Part shown: piece after piece, positions 56,228 through 64,000 of the stretch | Layout: each line of letters starts with the position of its first letter | How positions within the stretch are numbered: position 1 is the stretch's first letter | Assembly: GCA_964016885.1 (NCBI GenBank) | Contig: OZ024754.1 | Span: 10,416,001-10,480,000, forward strand | Length of the DNA: 64,000 bases | Reading direction: 5' to 3' | From: Eledone cirrhosa | Taxonomy: Eukaryota | The notes under the pieces: generated by a model | The model's database searches: none | Told to the model about the DNA's origin: nothing | What the model saw: only the letters and a program-made list of their open reading frames with translations | Translations under genes and position numbers: made by a program

Positions 56228-59009
56228 AAGAATGTGAAATTAGAAAGATTGAAGGGATGTGCAAGGTGGAATCGGGTTGACATCTCTTGGAAAACTGTTA
56301 ATGCTGGCAATTTGTGTATGATATACTTTTTTAGAAAAGTGGATGATGGAATATCATCATCATCATCATCATCATCATCATTTAACGTCCATCTTCCACG
56401 CTAGCATAGGTTAGACGGTTTTGTTCCATTTGATGCAGGAATGGTCAGGAGACCATGTCTCGCTAATATGAAAGTGTCTCTGGCAGGTTTTTTTACAGCT
56501 GGATGCCCTTCCTAACACCAACCACATTTATTGATTTTCTATAGCTCTCCTTTCTATATTTTTTTCTCCTTTGGCTAAGTCCATGTACATCATCCTCCCC
56601 TTTGTGCTGATTTCATCACCATGACAGCAACCTAACCTAAAACTAAATATAAGGACTTTGGAATACATGGACAAATTTATATTGAACTTCTATTGGGGGA
56701 GGGGTAACCACAACAGCAACTTAATCTAGAACTAAATATAAGGACTTTGAAGTACACAAACAAGTTTATATTGCATGTCTATTAGGTGAGCGGTAACCAC
56801 AACAGCAACTTAATTTAAAACTAAACCTGAGGACTTTGGAGCGGAGTACACAAACAATTTGATAGTGAATGACGTACTAGAACAAGTTTATATGTCAAAA
56901 TTTCAAGAAGTAAACAAAAATACTCAGCAAATATCAATCTAATTGTTTTTTGACCCAGTGTTTAGAGAGATTTGAGCTCAAAGATGCCACAGTTAAACAA
57001 GCACGAGGTGAGAGCACTTGTCAGTAAAACTATTAAATCTTCACAATCCTCCAGTGATAATGTTTAAATTTAAAATGCAGACAGAAGACATAAATTTCTA
57101 TTTTAATAACCCACTCAAATCTTGGAGAGGGGCCATTATAATCAAATTGAATTTAATGTTATATTTCATTTAATCCCCATTAGTACAACATATGCAATTA
57201 GTAAACCAAGCAGGTTATGTTTAACTTTTTCAATATGATGCTTTTATTTCAATCACAACATTCAATTAGTTTTTCCTTTGCATGTTATATTTATTTATTT
57301 ATTCTGTTTGCTAACATTAACTTAAAAATATCCTATTTTCCTTCAATTTACTATATGCGACAAACATTTGTGGCATCAAAGTTTCTTCCACCTCAACTCA
57401 ACTACGTTTAATGTCAACATTTCTGTTCGTTTACTTAATAATTTTTTGGGTTCCTCGTTCTTTGTAAAAGGAATCTGTTTCAATAGCATAATTTTATATT
57501 TCCTTATAGTCTTTCCATTTATAGAAATACTGTTTAGTAGAAATCTATTTTGTTTCATAAGAACGAACACATTTAAGCAATTTTATAATTAAAAGAAAAA
57601 AACTGAAAGAATAAAACAAACAATTTTTAAAAAATACTTTATCCTTTAAAAATAGGATTTGCATTAATAGGAAAAAGAAAGCTGTTTTAATTCTTGAACT
57701 CTATACTAATACATAATTCATCTTAGAATTTTAGTTGGACACATGCAACAAAGAAATTAATTACAGCTAAGTTTGAATTTGGAGATTAAAATAAAATAAA
57801 ATAAAATACAAGGGAAAGGGAAGGAAAAGAATTTACAAATTTCGAAATTGACTAAAATTATGCAAATTTGAACTGCACGAAAATGGAAGTGTTTAGAAAT
57901 GCTAGGAAGGAGAATAACTATATGTATCAATGATGCATTGTTGAACAAAATCAAAGCCAGAACAGAACAAGGAGATAATTTCAAGCTTGCAGCAGACACT
58001 GACGAGAGAGGTAACAAGATTAGTTAGATTGTAGCTGAGATGTAGTTGAGAAACACACGTGGACCGGCAAGGAGAGAGAGAGAGATGAGTTGACTAACTT
58101 TTAAGGCTCTATAATAAAAGGATAAGGAAATATTCTTATTAAGATAATCATATTACAGTAAAATTTTATTGATGTAGAATGAACTGACTGCTTTAGTGTT
58201 TTTCTCTAATACAATTCATGCACAACATTCTCTTAATAAGATAACAAGTAGGAGGACGGGAAAGAGTGAATTACAATGAAACCTTCTTCCTTAGAAACAG
58301 TTGCACTCCTAAATATTAATAGAATATTGTCATGTAATGCAACATAAGGTCCCCAACAACTTCATTTAAGAATATGTAGCCAATGGAAGTGAATTCCAGT
58401 AATGTGTTCTACGAAGGTCAACAACATCCCTAGAAATGGCACAAAATCAAATTTGGAAGATAATGAAATTAACATTGTATCAATTTTCTATAATATTGGT
58501 TTTAGATGGCAAGTGAAATGGAACAAAATATTTCAGACTGGTAACAACATGTATTGCATTTAAATAGTTTATAATATAACATTTGCAAAAAGGAAACAAA
58601 ACAGGAGAAGAAAAATACAGAATATTTACGCCTGATTTTCTTCAGTTTCAGCTCTAAAAATTGGATATTCTAGCTTTTTATATTATACCTATAAAACTTG
58701 TCTCAGAAATATCTTAAAAAGTGCTTATCCTATCACCATAGTTACATATAGCAGGAAAGAAATTGACTGTTAGTAGGAAAAGTGTTTGAATAAATCTGAA
58801 CATAATCATTGTTTCATCTACTGTAGGATTGTTCAACAGATTCCTAGCCAAAATTTCCATTTTCTCTTTTACAATACAACGCCAATACAATAAATATATT
58901 TGAATTTTATTTATAGCCATCTCTTCTATTTATGATACCAAAATCATTTCAAAATCAATTAAAACATAATGAAATGCTTGTATTTAGAATTATTTATATT
59001 TATATTGTG

Positions 59010-59255
59010 TAGGTGTGTGGCTTAGTGGTTAAAGAGTTGGATCCACAATCATGAGGTTGTGGGTTTGATTCCCAGACCAGGCGATGTGTTATGACCTTGA
59101 ACAAGATACTTTATTTCATGTTCTCTTTGCCAGGAGTTGTGACCAGTAGATAGTATCAGCAATGGAAACACCAATAGAAACATTGTGTCCTTGGTCTGAT
59201 TTGACGAGTTCCACACCACTTGGTAAACAAATAAGGTCTGAGATCTTGTCAATTG
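59010..59255 (+). mobile_element. SINE S1c
   Basis: tggcttagtgg head, ccttgaacaagatacttt, then a distinct tail. Confidence 0.75.
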
Positions 59256-62146
59256 ATCCCTATTTTAAGATTCTCTCAAAATAATGGGTTATTTTTACTG
59301 TTTTGTCAAGGAAAGGTAGTGCTCATGATCTTTTTCAGGGTCTAGACTTGTACTGTATTTTACTAACCCTCAAACGAAGAAAGGCAAAGTTGGTCTCGGC
59401 AAAGGGTTCAAAGAAATACCACAAGTTATTTGTCCTGCACTTTAAAGCCTGTCTCACTAATGAAAAATATACTGCTTCGATGGACGCTTCTGAACAAAAA
59501 TGCATATGTGTTATAGGATAGTTCCCTTAGCTCTGTATACTCTTGTCTTTAAAATCTACTTGATATACAAAGTTTAAGGCCACAAAAATTCAAGTTTTAC
59601 TCTTTTGGTAGATGATTTATTAAAATGTACGTACCAACGATTTTTTGAATTCATTGTTTTATAAGGAATAGTTTATGTTAAAAAAAAAAAGATTTTATAT
59701 ATATAATAAGATTAAAAATATTAAGACAGATCTGCAGGAAACAGAGAGAAAAATAGAAGATAACTATTTCTGTACAAAAGTTGTAAAGAAAATGAGGCTT
59801 GACAGAAGACATTATTTTCATAAGACTGATTCTAACTCAACAAAATTGATGCTTCGTAGGTAAAAGGAAATTAGGAACATTTTATGGAGCTATTCAAATC
59901 ACTAGCTTCAATATGTTTAGCATGTTATAGGAAGTTATAACTGACGAAAAATCAGAACAGAAAAAATATTACTAACATCTAGAAGAGGAAACATAAGAAC
60001 AGTTAGAAAACAAAAAAATCTAATGAAAATGCTTTCACTCAGTGAGGTATTCAATAATTGAATGGGATATCTATGTTCACCAGTAATGGCTAACAGGTAT
60101 AGCCTACGTATTGACTTACAGCTGGAGCTTTCTACTGCAACAACACTAGGAAAATGTTCAATCCCTGTGGAAATATAAAGAATTTAGTCCAAAATTCCTG
60201 TAAAGTATGAAGTTAGTTTTACCATGAAGAAGCTGTATACATCAATCAACTATCATCTCTTGACATAGTCAGGCATTTCACAAAACATGTGACAGAATAA
60301 ATGTATGTTGCAAACCGATAGTATTTGGAATGTACCATTTAGCCTGCTACTAAGAAATTCCACCAGGGAGTTCCTATCAATCACAAATGTAATCATCATC
60401 ATCATCATCATCATCATACGTCCATCTTACTAGCTAGCAAGAGTTGGTTGAGTTTTTCCAGATAAAGTCAGTACTCAAGCAGAGCTACTGGCCTCTCAGA
60501 TGGGCCAGAGGCCTACATCTCGGTTACATATGTTCCCACGCCCTACTGAGTGCATTTTATCATAGTACCAGCATTAGAAAAGGTTGTCATGTCTTTGAGC
60601 CACCAGAAAAGTCCTCCCGATCCTATTCTAAGATAAACGATAGCATATTTTGACATAGAGCACCAATATAAATATCACTACACAAGAACAATCAAATGTC
60701 TTTAAAATACTTGTATGTAAGAATCAAATTTTTAAGAATTAAAAAAAAAGGAAAACTGAAAATATTGGAAAATTCCAATTTTCAGCTTCATTTGAAAAAA
60801 ATAAAGTGAATTTTATTCATTCAAGAAGTGACAGTGAGGTCTTTTATTCAAAAATATTTATGAATATTGAGTGACTAAAACGAAACTGGGTGCTATTGAT
60901 AATAAATGCAAACATATTTCATTGATATTGATCAGAACTAGAGAAAATACATTTGAAAAAGAGTGTAAAGAAATTTAAAGTTGGCACAAACTGTTGCCTG
61001 TGTGGAAATGTTTGTTGCTTTTGAAAATATTATTAAAGAGTTACACTTAAAATAAAATATAACAATCTTGTAAAAAAGTAATTAGGTTGTTTGAGTATGA
61101 TAGTTAAATAATTTGGTGTTTAGTAACATGGTGTCATTTTCATTATAATACTAAGAAAACCATCACCAAATTCTTCCAGCTTTGAGTGGCAAAACATTAC
61201 CTTTCCTACCATATGTATCTGGTTCAGAACAGGTATATGGTATTCCTGCTTGCTGTAAGAGGTGACTAAAAAAGTTAGTGTGAGAAAAGCATTGAACCTT
61301 CTTCCTACCAAACTGCCTGAAACCATCCCTGGTTCTACAATAAAATAAATAATATTTATATTTATTTAAGAAACTTTCATCATAAATTCTGCGTAAGAAC
61401 CTTTGTTGAGTTATGTTCCAAACACCAGCTTAATAATTCTTTCTAGTACTGGCACAAGGTCAGCAATTTGGGGGATGTGGGAATTTGATTATATAGACCC
61501 AGTACTTAACTTGTACATTACTTTATCGACCCCAGTAGAATGAAAGACAAAGTTGACCGTACCGGCATTTGCATAATGTATCTTATGTTGCTCAAGGTAC
61601 ATTATGTCTGAAGAAATTAGATGGCTAATACATGATGGATAATACATGATTGTTTTATGATGGCTGATCTGGGAGCTAGACAACAACAACATATGGGATA
61701 GTAACAGGAAGTAAGAGTGGAGTTAAATGTGTTGAAAACTTGTGGTTAAAAAAACAGAGATTTTAATTTTTGTAGCAGGATCCTCTTCATTGTTATATCG
61801 GTGTTGGTTCCTTTTTTATCATTTTGGTACCCGACTCCATATTGAATCTCTACAATGTCTTCGTTTATTTATATTCGTCATGGTCTCATACCTTTTCAAC
61901 CAGCAGATGTCATCTTAAACACATTAACTGTCCATCTCATCCCAGTGCAGTATGTAGCAGTTGATGCATGCTTTTAATGTCAAACCACTGTTTCATGTCA
62001 ATCATTCTCAGCTTTGCAATACAAGAGAATATTGCAGAACATCATAACAAAGAGTAGATCCAGGTTATGTGTAAAAATATGACACTTGGAAAAAAAAAAA
62101 AAATTGAAGAATATACAAGGAAGAATAATTTGATTTTTTAATCAAT

Positions 62147-62349
62147 TTAACCCTTTAGCAATTAACCCAGCCATATCTGGCCAGAATTCTCTCAGCCTTT
62201 TCTGTTTAAACTAGCCATAACTGGCTGCTCATACTGACATTAGGGTATTGCTTTCAAATCTCTTAGATTTGATATCATGTGAGGTAATAAAGCCTTTGCC
62301 ATGAAACTACAATAGTAAATATACAGTAATGTAAATACTAAAGGGTTAA
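62147..62349 (+). mobile_element. TTAA piggyBac-like MITE M1
   Basis: TTAA-ccctttag...ctaaaggg-TTAA. Confidence 0.85.
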
Positions 62350-62454
62350 TACTACTTTAGTCACAACTAATCTCAGAAATTCAGATATGAAACTAAATTG
62401 TTGGTGTTTCCATCTAATTACTCATCATTTTCGTACAATGAGTATTTTTTTTTC

Positions 62455-62842
62455 CTAACCCAATCATTACTATATTTCTAATGAAATACGCTGCCTATAA
62501 TTTTTTAACAATCAACATTTTGGAAGAATCCATTGAAATAACTAACTTTTCCATTATTAAACTCAAGTTTGGAACATTACTTAAAGGTTCTAACATAAAA
62601 CTATGATGAAAGTTTTAAAAAAAAAATAATAATTGTTTCTACTTTTGGCACAAGGCCAACAATTACCCAGTACATTACTGGTACTTTATTTTATCAACCC
62701 CGTAAGGATGAAAGGCAAAGTTAACCTAGACGGGATCTGAACTCAGACCATAAAGGGCCATAACTCTAATAAATATGAACCCTTTAATACAGACAGTTTT
62801 GTATCATAGAACCAGGAGCAATTTGGTATCGAAATAGTTAAA
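62455..62842 (+). mobile_element. diverged M2 MITE interrupted by an S2 SINE (about 62630-62768, minus)
   Basis: atatttctaatgaaatac start shared with the 27148 copy; SINE 3' part inside. Confidence 0.6.
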
Positions 62843-64000
62843 GGCATGAGTTAGATATTTCAAGAAAATAGCTTGTAACCATCAGTTATTTTCACTTATA
62901 ATAACCATGTTGTCTGAAGAACAGCCAAAACACCACTCTAAGTTAGATGTAGGTCATCCTCTCGTCATTCCCCTTAACAATTCTGGCCCTTTCCCTCTTT
63001 TGTTGTTTTTTTTTTTTATTATAAATCTATCTATCTATTTATCAATCTAAATTACTTACAATAAAATATTATAAAAGAAACTATACTCAAGATAACCAAA
63101 TGCAGAATAATTTGAACTAGCTACCTCAAAGACAGCAAGCATCTCCGACGACAAGCTTCTGGCACATGACCAAAAATAACATCTCTGTATTTAAATGAAG
63201 ATAATGAAACAGACATTTTCATAAGAACTACTTCCAGTAAAACTTTAATTGTATTTTTGTCAGCAAGACAATGTGTTGTTAAATAGCTCACACATAATTT
63301 TAACTGTCATTAACCGACAACATTTTAAAATGTAGTTACAAGGTTTCTTTCATCAATAGTTGTATTTCATTTGAAATCACTTACAACATTATCCATTAGA
63401 TTTTATTCTGATAGTAAGAATGAGGTAAATTTCGCTAAAGATATCTATTTAATGGTTCTTCAATATGACTACCATAACAATGGTTTTTCTAGTGAATTCC
63501 TGATTTTACAAACTGTAATGATACATAATTTCGCCTGTTTGTATTAGTTAAAAACCCTTTCAATAAAACTCAAATACTCAAACAGTTATAATGTTAAAAT
63601 GTTTTGTAAAATGAAATAGTAAATAAACTATTAATATCTAAAGAAGTTAAGTTTAGATTTAGGAAATCAATAGATGTTAGTAATGAAATCAGCTTAAGAA
63701 TTTTTATATATCTGCATATTTAAGACTTCAGATGTGAAACAACTTTCTAAAAATTGTAACAAGAATTAATATAAAAAAGTCTTAAATATGTTATTTTTTT
63801 AACTTTTCAATTAGAATACTTAAATCCTATGAGGTAAGGGAAAATTGACAAGTCTTTCTGATTTAGATATGTCTATATATTTATATATACATACATACAT
63901 ACATACACACACATATATATATATACATATATATATACGCACACACATATATATATACACATATACATATAAATACACCCATATATATACACACATATAT

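Noticed and set aside
56620-56860. Three diverged copies of about 90 bp; also short duplications at 20682-20733 and 43743-43862
   Set aside because: Ordinary local tandem duplications with no additional signal

Overview
AT-rich, repeat-saturated eukaryotic non-coding DNA, most likely from an Octopus (coleoid cephalopod) genome; this assignment is inferred from the SINE families and the microsatellite density. One 200-N gap lies at 29512-29711. No host protein-coding gene can be supported, and nearly all long ORFs are artefacts of micro/minisatellites. The only recognisable protein remnants belong to retroelements: an L1/Tx1-type ORF2 C-terminus inserted in a TCTA/TCTG satellite, a decayed CRE-like restriction-endonuclease domain, and possibly a Penelope RT scrap. 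The window also holds many tRNA-derived SINEs (CORE-type and Meta-type), TTAA MITEs, Tc1/mariner MITEs, one Helitron, and satellites that arose inside a MITE and inside a SINE. The most interesting signal is a set of sequence-unrelated short non-coding modules, mostly flanked by (TA)n tracts. They carry minimal type I hammerhead ribozyme motifs (palindromic stem III, covarying stems I and II) and repeatedly occur as fold-back palindromes, with the turning point differing per copy and one heterologous two-family chimera. This fits non-autonomous, ribozyme-processed Penelope-like retroelements inserting as inverted pairs. That mechanism is an inference.
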